Source: Felis catus (taxonomy: Eukaryota). Taken from it: a stretch of 64,000 bases of DNA. The stretch spans positions 28,026,001-28,090,000 of the forward strand of contig NC_058383.1 in assembly GCF_018350175.1 (NCBI RefSeq). The letters run 5' to 3'. Both the position numbers and the translations under genes were made by a program. The notes under the pieces were generated by a model. It was not told the origin of the DNA, ran no database searches, and was given only the letters and a program-made list of their open reading frames with translations. Shown in pieces: positions 25,712-38,870 of this stretch (position 1 is its first letter; each line of letters starts with the position of its first letter).

Positions 25712-26809
25712 AAAAAGGGAGTCCCTTCCTGAAATACCTATGTCTGAAGATGGTAGGTAGATGAACAGATAGACGGGATGGACAGACAAGACTTGATGGA
25801 CAAACAGTATACTCCTCACTGTCCCATGTCAGGAGGACTGCCAGAGGGAGGGCAAGGACCCATCGGTGCCTCCCATGGGCCCCTAAAGAGAGAATACAGC
25901 ACCCACAAAACAGCTCCAGGTATGCCGGGATCAGCAGGTGTCCCAGAGAGGCAAAAGGACCAGCGAATGACTTGACCAATCCTGGGGTGAAGTGAGCATT
26001 ACTCACTCCTGCTCAGAGCAGGCAAAGGGAAGAAGAGGCCTGGGGGCTCCAGGCACGAACCTGTAAGCCCACTCTGTCCACGACCCCCAACTCTTCTGTG
26101 GACCCCCAACAATTGGTTCTGATGCTCAGAAGGTGCAGCTGAATGTCTTCACTGGTTACAAGGCACCTTCTCATCTCTCATCACCCCAGACCTTCACAGG
26201 AGCCAAGTGGGGCATACAGGCCATTTCCTTCATTTTCCTAATGAGGAGCCAAAGGCTCTGATAACCTGGTGGCTCGCCCCAGGGGACATAGCTGAAAAAG
26301 ACAAGCAGGATGCCAGCCCCAGCCCCTGGCTTTCATTCCTCTGCTCTGGAACACATCCAAAGCCCACGTGGATGGAGAACATGTGTCTGGGAGACAAGCC
26401 AGGTACAGGGAAGCATTCAAGTTCCCATCCCCACCCAGTGGGTCCCTATTTCACTCACTGTGCCTTCACCCAAACCAGCTTCTACATCTCCATCCCCACC
26501 CCCACCCCAGGCCCTTCCAGCCCACATACATACATCCAACGTCTTCATACACCCAAGCCCTATCAATTCCTCCAGGCTCCATTGGAGGCCAGCCTCCCTG
26601 GCGGGCCCCCTGGATTCCTGCCTCCCTCCCGGACCTTGGCCTCTGGTTTCTGACAGCCTGAGGTCTCAAGCTTGGATCAAATGTTCTCTGCAGGGCCCAC
26701 AACCCCTGGGTGCCTATTTTAGGAAGCTTCCCTCATACGCATTAACACATAAAAGCTCCCAGCAAGACTGACAGCTCCTTGCACACGAGGCAGGGCTGAG
26801 TTAAGGATC

Positions 26810-27162
26810 TGGGTTAGGGACTAAATGTGCCCCCTCCATAAAATTCGTATGTTAAAGCCCTAACTCCCAATGTTATAATATTAGGAGCGGAGGCTGCTGG
26901 AGATCAGGATTAGATGAGGTCATGAAGGAGGGCCCCATGATGGGATTAATAACCTTATAAGAAGAGAGAGCTCTCTCTATCGTAGTCACGTGAACACACA
27001 AGGAGAAGGTGGCCATCCACAAGCCAAGAGTCCTCACCAAGAATCAAATTGGCCGACACCTGAATCTTAGACTTCCAGACCACAGAACTGTAAGAAATCA
27101 GCGTTTGTTGAAGGTGCCCAGTCTACAGTATTCTGTTACGGTGGCTCACTCAGACTAAGACA
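26810..27162 (+). mobile_element. MaLR LTR (MLT1A0-like)
   Basis: ggactaaatgtgcccc...aaattcgtatgttaaagccctaactcccaatg ... cagactaagaca. Confidence 0.8.
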
Positions 27163-27968
27163 AGCTGCTTTTCATCCTTGAATGACACCCATTACCATGC
27201 ACACAGCCAATCTAGACTTGGTTCAACACCACATCCCTGAATCACCTGTGGGAGTCTCAGGCCAGGGAGATGCACAATGGGGATTATGGCGGAAGAGGAG
27301 GAAGGGACAGACAGAGGCTGTCTGGACACAGCCCCTCGGCAGAGGCGCCGGGAGCCCTGAGAGCAGCTGGCCACGCCCTCCCTGGCACACTCTGCTCCTG
27401 CTCCCATCCCCACCAACTCCCAGCCTGACAACTGCCCGGCCCTCCGCCCTCTCTTCCCTCAGACACTATCAAGGTGGGAACTACTTCCCTAGGCAACCCC
27501 AGGACAGCCAGATGGCACCTGCCAGCAGCCCAGGGAGCCAGGCCCTGCCCACCTGGATCCCAAGGGCTATCTGATCTCAGCCCAGTCTACAAATCAGAGT
27601 CCCAGGAGAGCCAGAGGAAAACTGAGCTTCCCTGCCAGCTGGCCATGTGGTAGTCACTGGATGTTCAGATATTCCACAACAGAGGAAAGAGGTGTGATCA
27701 GGTCTTGAGGAGACACAAGCCAGCTCTCTCTTCCATCCACGTCTCCCATTAACAAGCCAGAGAAGGACTCTTGCAGGGTCTGAGGGAAGAGGCTGAGGAA
27801 AAGCATTAATGAGAAAGCAGGGGTGAGGCGACCAATGTGAAAAATACACGTTTATTATCACTCATGTGTCTTATGCTTCAGTGACCTTGTTTCAAGAAAA
27901 TAAATTATTTGACCTATTCCTAATCTTTCTAGATTTGCATAGGGTCTTTTTAGGAATAGTTCACCTAA

Positions 27969-28208
27969 AGGGCACCTGGGTAGCTCAGTTGTTAAGCGTC
28001 TGACTTCAGCTCAGGTCATGATCTCGCGGTGCATGAGTTTGAGCCCCACATCTGGCTCTGTGCTGAGAGCTCAGAGCCTGAAGCCTGCTTCATATTCTGG
28101 GTCTCCCTCTCTCTCTGCCCCTCCCCCAATCCTGCCTGTGCTCACTTGCACTCTCCCTCTCTCTTTTTCAAATAAATAAACATTAAAAACATTAAAAAAA
28201 AAAAAAAA
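27969..28208 (+). mobile_element. CAN-SINE
   Basis: TSD aggaatagttcacct / aggagtagttcacct. Confidence 0.9.
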
Positions 28209-29371
28209 AGGAGTAGTTCACCTGGACAGAAAAGTCAGATTTGCAGCCATGGAGCTGTGGCCATTTTCATTAGTTGATGGAGATTTGCATGACAAGGGAG
28301 ATGATGTTTCTGGGAGAAAGGGCAGTTTGGTAGTGCAACCCCAAATTTGCCTTCACAATTGTTGTCTTACTGAACTCTTTCTATTCCGGTCATATGTAAT
28401 TGCTGTACTGAGATACACCTGACATACAACATTGTATGAATTTAAGGTATATAATATGTTGATCTGCGACATGTATGTGTTGTAACATGACTAATACCTT
28501 AGCAAGAGTTGACACCACATGACTTAACTCCTTGCAATCTGCCTGATACTTCTCAGAGTAGGTGCTGGAGAGAGGCTATAGCTTGCAGACTGGCCTTCAC
28601 TCTTAAATTCCACCACCAGCCCCCACCTTCTCCCCCACCCAATACCATGCCAGCATCTGCCAGGTCAAAGTTCATATGAAGATGGTAAGGTCAATGGCTG
28701 AAAGACAAAGACAACTCAGGAGATGGTGGTGTCCAATATCCTCTCAAGCAGAACTTGTTGCCGATCTTCAGACAGAATGTGTCGTGTTCAGAACTCTTGG
28801 CTTTGACCTGGGTGTTTAAACCAATTGTCTTGAGTGCTGGTAATAACTAGTTATTCAACAAAGCAACTGCAACAACAACAACAACCCTCTACAGTGGGCT
28901 CTACAGGTTGGCCAGCCAACCAACAGCAAGTGAGCAGCGAGTGAGAGCTGCAGAAAGGAGAAAAACACCAACCTATCCTTGAAGATCTTGTGCCTGTGCA
29001 GGACAAAAAGAAGCCAAAGCATGAGGAAGTGATTCTTGAAGAGGCAGAGCTACTCAGGTAAACCTTGTCGAATGTGAGTGAGAAGGGTAAAGAAATGCGG
29101 ATTTTCACGGGCTGGTACAAAAGGCTTTCCCCGATGCTACAGGGGAATACGGCAGTAAAAGACCCCCAAGACAGGTGGGTTGTCCGCGACAGACACATAA
29201 TTCCACTGAGGATCTCTCCTGATGCCTTCACTGTTTAGTCTTCCTTTTTCCAACATCAGTTGACATTTAGGGTTTGAAAACTGATGTACGGTCAAGGAAG
29301 CCTTTCTGGCTACTCACGATGACCAGATCTGTAAAGTTGGACAGTTGCTAAGCAGTTATAAATTAAGGTTT

Positions 29372-29601
29372 TAAAAAAATTTTTAATGTTTATTTATTTT
29401 TGAGAGAGATGGGGAGAGAGAGAGAGCGACAGAGCACAAGCAGGGGAGGGGCAGAGACAGACAGCGACACAGAATCTGAAGCAGGGTCCAGGCTCTGAGC
29501 TGTCAGCCCAGAGCCGGATGCAGGGCTCGAACTCAAGAGCCATGAGATCGTGACCTGAGCTGAAGTGGGAAGCTTAACCGACTGAGCCACCCAGGCACCC
29601 C
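29372..29601 (-). mobile_element. CAN-SINE
   Basis: TSD aaattaaggttt. Confidence 0.9.
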
Positions 29602-31904
29602 TACAAATTAAGGTTTAGACGACCACACACCACTAGAGTCGGTGTTCAAAGTTAAGCAGGTGCGTGACTAAGTGAGCACTGAGCCTGGAAGGCCCATGGC
29701 AGTGACCCTGAGGGCAGGTACCCCCAGAGTAAACGTGCTGCTCCCCCCAGCTGCATTCTGTCCATGCCCGCACAGCACGACACTCATCTGAGAAGCACCC
29801 AGTTAGTAAGTCTGATCCTGTTTATCAGACTTGCCCCACCCTGCCTGCAGCCCCTTGCCTGCCATCCCCACTGACAGTGGAAGGAGAGAGACAGCCTGTC
29901 ACAGTGTGTCTGGAGGGCGGCTGAGAACGTGGGCTTTGGAGGCAGATGTCTGGGGCTAAACCCCAACTCGGTCACTCTCTGTGACTTCTTCCAAGCTGAC
30001 CTCCCGGATCTAAGCTTCCTTATCTGTAAAATAGAACCTCAATGGCAAGAAGTGCTGAGGGAGTTCCCCAAGGCCTCTTTTAGAAGGGCACTAACCCCAC
30101 CCATGAGGACTGCACCCTCGTGACCCACTCTCCTCCCAAAGACCTCACCTCCTAAAACCATCAAAACAAATGCCTTTTGGGGAGGGACACAAACGTTCCA
30201 TCGACAGCACTTCCAAGGCTTTGAAGACGGGGTCCAGGTCGCCACAAGGGCATGGCAGAGGGAGTAAACTGTGGACTTGGAGACTGCAAGGGTGTGGAGA
30301 GGGGTGGACAGACAGTCCTGGCTCCGAACGCCCACTCTACCACTTAAAGTCCAGGAAATCTCTGGCAAGCCACTTAACCTCTCTGAGCCTCGGTTTTCTC
30401 AACTGCAAAATGGAGATAATAACTCCTAAGTGTGAAGATACTATGAATTTTCTGCCTAATGGTATACACTTAGAGTAAATTCAGGCTCTTTCCTTGCTGT
30501 AAAAACTGACCTTTAGAAAAAAAGAAAATGGGCTTGCCTAGCCATTACAGACTACTGCTTTTTCTCATAACCTGACATGATACAGAAACATCCGACGAAG
30601 AAGCCGGCGGGCACTGAAATGTCAATTGTGAGATAATTAGTGATCACTGCAAGTCCCCAGCCCGTTTCCAAGAAAGCACGTGCATGGACCTCCTGGCCTC
30701 CAAGCCAGGCTCCCAGAGCCCAGGCCTTCTGCTCTGGCTGATGCCGGGGCTCTGTCTCCTGGGGAAAGGAGTCTGATACATGAAAGAACTTTCATTATCT
30801 TTGCCCTGAAGCACCAGCAACTGCCTACAAAGAGCAGAGCCAGGAATGAAGGGCAATGAGAAAGAAATTACTGTGTTTCCTCCCCAGGGGCTAGTCCATT
30901 TAGAAATGGGTAGATTCAGAGAAGTGTGTCTGTGTTTGTGACCTCTACTTCCACGATCTCAGAGATGAACTGGTGACGAACCTTGACCACCATCCAACAG
31001 TTAGCCCCCTTCACATATGGGGGAATACATCAGACCAAGTTCAAATGCAGGAGGACCATGCTTCTGCTAGGCCTCTTACAACCAGTGGAAGCTGGGGGCT
31101 TGGGTGAGTCCACTGGGAGCAGCAGTGATCCTCTCCACACCCCAAAACCCCCCAGTTTTCCAAGTCTATGACTCTTTGAATCTGGCATTCAGGACGGCAC
31201 ATTTGTTCATCTACTCAGTATTTACTGAACACTTACAACGTGCCAGGATCAGGCTGAGCAGAGAGGACTCAGAAGGGACAAAGAAAGCATGGTCCTTGTC
31301 CCCAAAGAACTGGTCCTAATCCGGGGGTTCTCATACTTGGCCCTATTCACACTGAGGTCGACAGCATGGTGAGAAGCATCCCTGCCTTCTACCCAATGGC
31401 ACTTCCAGTTGTGACAACCAGAAATGCCTCTAAACGTCACCAAAAGCTGTCTGTGGGCCACAATCCCCGTTGCCTCCCTGCAGCTAAGAAATACTGTTTT
31501 GACGGGAAGGCTACAGAAAGAAGAATGTAAGCTTTGGAGCTAGATGGACTGGAGTTCTCCCATCTTATGTGCTGTGTGACCTTAGGGGGATTACTTCTCT
31601 GAACCACAGTTTCTTTATTTGCAAATTATGGGCATTAATCATAGTTCTGCAAGGTTGTTAGAGATGAAGTGTATAAAATACTGCAGCACACGCTGTCAAC
31701 AGGCAGCCAAAAGCCACCTTCCCCACCCCAATTCTTCTAATTAACAGTTCCGTTCAGAGATCCTTCTCTCAGAAAAGATGGATCAGTCCCTTGGGGGGGG
31801 GGGAGGGGCACATGGAACCCAGAACGAGCCACTGAGACGTAGGGGGCATCTGAGGGAGGGGGCCCCCTGGGAAAGATCTTCCTCTCTGATAACAGGTTGA
31901 TAAG

Positions 31905-32402
31905 GAGTGCAACGGTTTTAATATACGTACACAAATTCCTCAATACTCCTCCCTTCAAAAGATGGAACCCTTCTCTTGAGTGTGAGCTCAATTTAGTGAC
32001 TCATTTGTAACAAATAGGACACAGAAGTAACAACATATGGCTTCCAAGATTAGAACGTGAAAGGCCCTGCGGCTTCCCCCTTGTGCTCTCCCAATCACTC
32101 ACCCTGGGGAAGTGGCTGCCACATTGCGAGGACCCCCAGGCAGCCCTGTGGAGAGGCCCACAGCCGACAGCCAGCACCAATGTGCCAGCCATCTGCGTGA
32201 GGCATCTTGGAGCAGATCCTCTTGCCCCGGTCAAGCCTCCAGAAGATGACAGCCCCGGCCAACGTTTTGAGCGAAACCTCTCAAGAAACCCTGAACAAGA
32301 ACCACCCAGCTGAACTGCTTCTGACTTCTGGCCACAGATAATGAATGTCCTTTAAAGACGCTGAATTTTGGAGTAATTTGTTGATGCAGCAAATAACTCA
32401 TA
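31905..32402 (+). mobile_element. MaLR LTR (MLT1F-like)
   Basis: cacaaattcctcaatactcctcccttcaaaagatggaacc ... aattttggagtaatttgttgatgcagcaaataactcatac. Confidence 0.75.
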
Positions 32403-32879
32403 CGGGGAGAGGCAATCTGAACCTCCACGCACCCCACCCCCTCCCAGGCCTGCCTGTTGACCTCATCAGATGAGGACACGAAGTGAGCGCCATCCCGGGG
32501 CCTGGAGAGGGAGGCCAGGAGAGTCTCGGGGATGCAAACCAGAGCCGTAGGAACAATCCCGAAGCCCCCACTTGCAGACATCTTGTTAAAGGAGAAAACA
32601 CTCATGTGCTCGAACCCGAGTCTCCTGGTCCCTGTAGCGTCACCCCTCAAGCGCAGTAACCGCTAGAGAGACAGCTACTGTCCCCGTTTGCTCTGACTTC
32701 CCAAGGCTCCTCTCACGGATCCCAGCCCTTCTCAGCTCCGCACCAGGTGCGCCCACATCCTGGAGAGGCTGGCGATGACAAGGGGTGGAAGGCACAGAAC
32801 TGAGCAGCTTCGAGGCTGTCGCCTTTCACCCTTTATTCTGAGAGGTTGCATACTCCCAGCAGGCCAGGACCAGACTCCA

Positions 32880-33230
32880 GTGATCTTACTCATCTTGGGC
32901 TCTGCTGTAATAAAATAGCACAGACTGGCGTCAACACCAGAGCTTGATCTTCCCACAGTTCTGGAGGCCAGAGTCTGGATGAGGGCGCCTGCACGGCCAC
33001 GTTCTGGGGTGAGCTCTCATCCCGGCTTGCAGACAGCCACCTCATCACTATGTCCTCATGTGGCGGAGAAAGAGTGGGTTCTGGTCTCCCATCCTATTAT
33101 CAGAGCACTAATCCCCTTACGAGGGCCCTAGCATCAAGACCTTACCTAAACCTCATTACTTTCCAAAGGCCCACCTCCAAATACCCTCACACTGGGGGTT
33201 AGCGCTCCAACATATGAATTCAGCCCACAG
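32880..33230 (-). mobile_element. MaLR LTR (MLT1A/MST-like)
   Basis: cacagttctggaggccag ... aaaggcccacctccaaataccctcacactgggggttagcgctccaacatatgaatt. Confidence 0.75.
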
Positions 33231-33289
33231 CACACGCCAAATCGTAAAAGCTTAAATTCTCTATTCTCGATACCAGAGAGGAAAACAAC

Positions 33290-33460
33290 CAAGTGTCTGC
33301 TTTTCCTGCTCGTCACCGTATTTATAGAGGGCTATAGGTAGCTGGTTCTAAAATTTAAAGGTATGTTTCTTCAACAAAAGGTATTATATTTCAACTAGCC
33401 AATCAGAAGGCAACAAAAGCAAAACTAAACCGCTATGTTCAAGTTCAAAAGACTTGAAGC
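33290..33460 (-). promoter_or_regulatory. Candidate TATA/CCAAT core promoter (minus-strand)
   Basis: TATAAATA on minus strand at 33326-33319; AGCCAATCAG at 33397-33406, about 75 bp upstream; non-repetitive context; motif evidence only. Confidence 0.35.
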
Positions 33461-33993
33461 AGGGGGTGAATGAGGAATGGCAGAGTTAAGGTGTTCTGTA
33501 TAATCATTTCGATTCTGTTTTAATGATGGGCCTCTTTCTAGTAATTAACCAGGCTTGGGCTCTGGGGCCCAGGGTCAGGCAACCACTTCCTAGTGGTGAC
33601 CATGGCTTCCTTCACCTCTCCGTGCCTCAGTTTCTTCACCTACAATGGGGCCATACGTTCAAAGAAGTAATGTATATGCAGTGCTTAGGACGGCATCTGG
33701 AAGGCAGTAAGCTCTTAATCACACGTTGGCTATTTATCATTACTGATGCCATTATCAGGATTACTATCTTCTCCTAAGGAAAGAGGGAGGCTGGCAGCCA
33801 GACGGCGGGACTGTGGAACCTTCCAGGGAGTAGCCCCAAGAATCGGTGTGAAGTAGAAGAAGTGGGGAAGTGCAATGTGGCTCTAGGTGCTGGGCCTCAC
33901 ACTTTTGCACAGCTGTTTGCTCCATTTCCCCACCTACAACAGGGCGGTAAGACTTCCATCTTACAGGACCATGAAGAATGTGTACGAAGCATA

Positions 33994-34226
33994 GGGGCGC
34001 CCGGGTGGCTCAGTCGGTTGAGCAGCCGACTTCAGCTCAGGTCATGATCTCGCGGCCCGTGAGTTCGAGCCCCGCGTCGGGCTCTGTGCTGACAGCTCAG
34101 AGCCTGGAGCCTGCTTCAGATTCTGCGTCTCCCTCTCTCTGACCCTCCCCCCTTCATGCTCTGTCTTTCTCTGTCTCAAAAATAAATAAACGTTAAAAAA
34201 AAAAAATTAAAAAAAAAAAAAAAAAA
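33994..34226 (+). mobile_element. CAN-SINE
   Basis: CpG-rich body, long A-tail, short TSD gaagc[a/g]t. Confidence 0.95.
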
Positions 34227-34593
34227 AGAAGCGTGAAACAGTGTCCTGCACACATGTACTGTTACATTCCCAGACTCTGATGCCACCAGGGACCAGGAGA
34301 TGGAGTTTGAGGTACAAGAATGAATTATATCCAGGCTTTTCAGGGCAGTGAAGACTGACTTCAGTAAACAGACAAAGACTCTCCATAAGAAATAAAACGA
34401 AGTCAAGACTTTAAAAGCAAGACGTATTTGGGAGCTCCTCCGGCAAACAGTGCCGGTGAACATACAAGAGCTATGTGCCGCCTTCTTTCTTATAAGCCAA
34501 ATTCCAACTCCCTTCAGGAGCTGGGGCTCTCTGCATTTCACGAGAAGCAGGGCCCTCGCCACTTTCAGAAGATGAATCTCCATCAGTCTTCAC

Positions 34594-34902
34594 CAGGGCT
34601 GGTAAACCACGGCCTGTGGGCTAAACCTGGACAGCCATCTGCTTCTGTGTGGCCCGGCAGCTGAAAATGACTTTTACATGTTTGAGTGGCTGGAAAAGAT
34701 CAAAACCCTAACGATATTTCCTACAACGTAAGAGTTACATGAAATTCAAATCCCAGTGTCCATAAGTAGGCTTGTTCAGGCAGGCATCATACATGGTTGC
34801 TTTCACATAACGACAGCAGGGGTGAGCAGCTACCACAGTGACCGGGTGGTTACTAGGCTGAAATATGTACTAGCCAGCTCTCCACAGGAAAAGATCCCTG
34901 GC
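34594..34902 (+). mobile_element. MER58B-like hAT-Charlie MITE
   Basis: cagggctggtaaaccacggcctgtgggctaaacctgg... Confidence 0.7.
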
Positions 34903-35859
34903 TCAAGCCAGAGGTTTTCACACTTAGTGTCCATCAGAATCATCTGAAGGGTTTATTCAAGCATAGATTGTGGGCCTCATGTCAGAGTTGCTGGGCTGAG
35001 GCCAAAGAATTTGAATTCCTAACAAGCTCCCAGGTGAGGCTGATGATGTTGGTCTGGGGACCACACTTTCACACTTCGAAAACTGCTGGTCTAAGTCAAT
35101 CGTGGCAAATTCCATTTTCCGTGCCAGTGACTGCCTAGAAAAAGGGCATCACAGTTCTGACCAATGAGACTCACGGAGAAGTGAGCTGAGAGCTTCTGGG
35201 ACAGTGATCCCAGAAGTGGGTCCCAAGTGGAAGAGCTGGGCCCGCTTCTCTTTCGGCACCATCTCGAGACCAGGAGGACAAGAGCCGCCTGCTGCAAGTA
35301 GCAGAAGGAGCAGAAAGGGGGAAAGAGACTGGATCCAGCAGTACACAGCTAGGCCACAAGTGCACCAGCCACAGCGTCTCCACCTGTGACACAGTAACCG
35401 CCATTATTGTCTAAGCCTCTTCAAGTTGGGTTCTTAGGAGCTGCAAGCCACACATGTCCTAAGTGGTATCCCTCTTCTGTGCAGCCCCACCCAGGGTTCC
35501 AAATACACCCCCGACCACCAATCGGGAGCACACCACCAATCTCAAGCCATGAGGGCTGGGGTCAGCACATGGGCCACAGTACCCACCATCCCACAAGAGG
35601 GCAGATCTGGGGTAGGAAAAAGAGCATTATTTTTGGAGCCATAAAGTGCCAGGTTGGAGCCCAAATTCCACCACTCAGTGACCATTCACCCCATACTCCC
35701 AAGATGGGACTTATGCATGTTGCATGACCAAGGCAGCCCTGTCTGTGAATCTGGGCAGGGTCCCTCTCTCTCCAGATCCTCATTCACCACTAGACCCAGC
35801 ATCCGCAACAACTCGCGAGGTCCCAGGCACAGGACTAAGCCTTTCAAGTGCGTGATCTT

Positions 35860-36081
35860 TTTTTTTAAATTTTTTTTTCAACGTTTATTTATTTTGGGGA
35901 CAGAGAGAGACAGAGCATGAACGGGGGAGGGGCAGAGAGAGAGGGAGACACAGAATCGGAAACAGGCTCCAGGCTCTGAGCCATCAGCCCAGAGCCCGAC
36001 GTGGGGCTCGAACTCACGGACCGCGAGATCGTGACCTGGCTGAAGTCGGACGCTTAACCGACTGCGCCACCCAGGCGCCCC
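35860..36081 (-). mobile_element. CAN-SINE, young felid subfamily, inserted in a MIR
   Basis: Perfect 16-bp TSD tcaagtgcgtgatctt at 35844-35859 and 36082-36097. Confidence 0.95.
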
Positions 36082-37178
36082 TCAAGTGCGTGATCTTACT
36101 GAAGCCTCAGAACAACCCCATGTGGTAAGCACCATCCTTTCCCCCACCTTACAGCTCGAGAAACAGAGGCTCCAGAACATTACACGGCTCGCCCGAGGCT
36201 GTACAATGTCTAAGTGCAGAGAGAGGATTCCAACTCAGATGTTTCTGGCTCAAGAACCCACATGTTTGATATCGACGCTGTGACACCAGGTTTAAAGGGC
36301 AGGATATGTACAGGGTCCCACAGTGCACACAGGGGCTCAGGACACACTCCTGAATCTGATCATCTGACACAAGGTCTCATTCCTCTCCTCACCCACCGCT
36401 CGGCCTAGAAAAGAGGGTGGAAAGACAAGTCCTCTCAAAAACTGGCCAGCTCTGGCCGGTCAGCCAGAGTGGAGCTGACACGAGCATCAGGGGAGATACT
36501 GCAAGATCACTCAAGATGTGGACCACGAGACGGTGCCCCGCGGGGACGGTGGCAGCAGCGTGTCCGCAAGGACCCGCGCCTGCCCCGCGTCTCGTCAGCT
36601 CTGGTTCCTGGGCCGCAGCCCAGCCTTACCTGCCAGCTTGCACACCTGGCTGAGAATCTTCCGCTGCCCCCTCTGGCATCCAGCTGTCTAATCGGAGAGC
36701 TCGGATGTTTGCCTTGCGCCTGTGGAGGGCAGGCGGAGGCAGTGGAACGGGCAGCAATTCCAGAGCCGTCACAACTTCTGGCTGAAACCAAACATGACAG
36801 ATTTACCATTGGGCAGGCTGTTCCATTTATTATTTAACGCTCGCAATAAATATTTGCATGACCCAGCGCTGGAGGGAACGCTCTGTGATAACTCACTGCG
36901 TTTCCCTGCCAAACAGCACCGCAATCGGGTTCCAAAACTGCGGCAGAGAATATTTTATGCTCTTCTAAGGAGCCAGGTGACGGCCCTCTGGTAGGAAACA
37001 CTTTCTTGCCTGTCTCCAAAGAGCCAAAGGGAGCAGGGAGACTGGAGTTCCGAGAGGCAATTAGATGAGGAGGAGGAAGGTGACCGCGAACGTGCACTTC
37101 TGTACTTCGAGCCTACTGGGTGCCAGGCTCTGTGCTAAGAGCTTCACATTCATTCATTCAACACGTGTCTTTGAGGGC

Positions 37179-37334
37179 AGGGCTGCCAGACTGGGCAAAT
37201 AAAATACAGGTGATCCAGTTAAATTTGAAATTCAAATTTCCAATCAATAAAAATCCCATGCGATTCCAGAAAATTTTGGGGGTTAATCCAAAATTCAAAC
37301 TTGCCTGGGCACCCTATTTTTCTCCAGCGACCCT
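37179..37334. mobile_element. MER53-like palindromic hAT MITE
   Basis: agggctgccaga...gcaaataaaatacagg..ccagttaaatttgaa pairs with aattcaaacttgcctgggcaccctattttt...agcgaccct. Confidence 0.7.
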
Positions 37335-38279
37335 AACTGAGCTTATGCGCATGACAGAATAGCAAAGGGGATTTATCTTCAACTGGGGGTCAGGGAAGGG
37401 ACCTCTAAGAAGATCACACTTAGACAGACACGTCAGTGAAGGAGACAACCATGACAAAAGGTGAGCGAGTTCCGGACAGAGAGGAAAGCCCGTGCAAAGG
37501 CCCTGGGGTGGAAAGAATGTGGACATACGAGTTGAGAAAGGCCATGTGAGTAGGGATGAATAAAGGAGGGGAAAGTGACAGGGCCCATGGTCCCCCTAAA
37601 GAATGTGGATGTTATTTTAAGTTGAAAGGAAGCTTTTGGAGGGTTTTTCAGGTGGACATGGCCCAATGGGGGTCCAAACTCCTGCTGCCTGGATTTCTGA
37701 ATCCAGAGGCCACACAGAGGCCCCAACACTGGCAGGAAGAGAAAAGAGGAGGAACAAGAAAAGGAGAAATTGCATTAGAAGAGAGCTGATCAACACTCAC
37801 AGAAAACACTTGCACAGTAACAAGCCAGCTGCCTCAACAGAAACCTCCACCTCTTCCCAGAGTTGTTCCCCAAGCCGGGCAGCCGGAGGGAGGGGGACTC
37901 CGGCAGTGACAATGCTATCAATTTCCATTCTGCTTTTGGCAAATACAGAAAAGGACATTTCAAAGACTTTTAAAAATAACTTTCAAACAACTCAAGGGTG
38001 GGAAGAAAAGAGAGAGACAGAAATCACGGTTTGCCTGCTCAAGAACAGTGATAATGACAATAAGGAATGCAGATAAAAAGAACCGCATTTTCACATATGT
38101 TATATCATTTGCTCCTTAGTGTTCTATAAAGCAGGCAGGGCAGACTGTGATATCCCTGAATCATAGTGAGGGAAACAGAGATTCGGAAAAATAGAATCCA
38201 ACGGCTAGGAAATGTCCAGGCAGGGTTTGAAGCTATGTTTGCTCCCAAAGCCTGGGCTCCCAAAAGCCCTCTATGGTCT

Positions 38280-38870
38280 CGCTATGGACTGAATTATGTT
38301 CTCACAAAATTCATATTCTGAAGCCCTAATCCCCAATGTGACTATCTGGAAAGGTAATTTAGGAAGTAATTAAGGTTAATGAAGTCATAAAGGTGGACCC
38401 TAATCAAAAAGGACCGTGTCCTGGGGCACCTGAGTGGCTCAGTCAGTTACGGTCCGACTCCGGCTCAGGTCACAATCTCGCAATTCGTGAGTTCCAGCCC
38501 TGCGCTGGGCTCTGTGCTGACAGGTCAGGGCCTGGATCCTGCTTCAGGTTCTGTATCTCCCTCGCTCTCCCCTCTCCTGCTCACACTCTGTCTCTGTCTC
38601 TCAAAAATAAACATTTAAAAAAAATAAAAATAAATAAAAAATAAAGGACCGTGTCCTTATAAGAGGAAGACATCTCTCTCCCTTTCTCTTGGTCTCTCCA
38701 CAGGAAGAAGGCTGCCATTCGCAAGCCAGGACAAGAACTTTCACTAGCACCTGACCACACTGCTACCCTGATCTTGGACTTCCAGCCTCCAGAGCTATAA
38801 GCAATAAATGCCTCCTATTTAAGCCCCCAGTCTACGGTATTTTGTCACAGTAGCCTGAGCTAAGAGAGCT
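38280..38870 (+). mobile_element. MaLR LTR (MLT1A-like) interrupted by a CAN-SINE
   Basis: gctatggactgaattatg... and aataaatgcctcctatttaagcccccagtctacggtattttg...gcctgagctaaga. Confidence 0.75.
38423..38642 (+). mobile_element. CAN-SINE
   Basis: TSD aaaggaccgtgtcct. Confidence 0.9.

Noticed and set aside
28950..29057. Plus-strand exon-like stretch (KGEKHQPILEDLVPVQDKKKPKHEEVILEEAELL, then CAG|GTAAAC)
   Set aside because: Protein-like composition, but no polypyrimidine acceptor, an in-frame stop just upstream and no recognised homolog; a BLASTX hit would reopen it.
30643..30655. 13-nt match to part of miR-499 on the minus strand (GACTTGCAGTGAT)
   Set aside because: Seed and ends do not match and no hairpin partner is visible; chance match.
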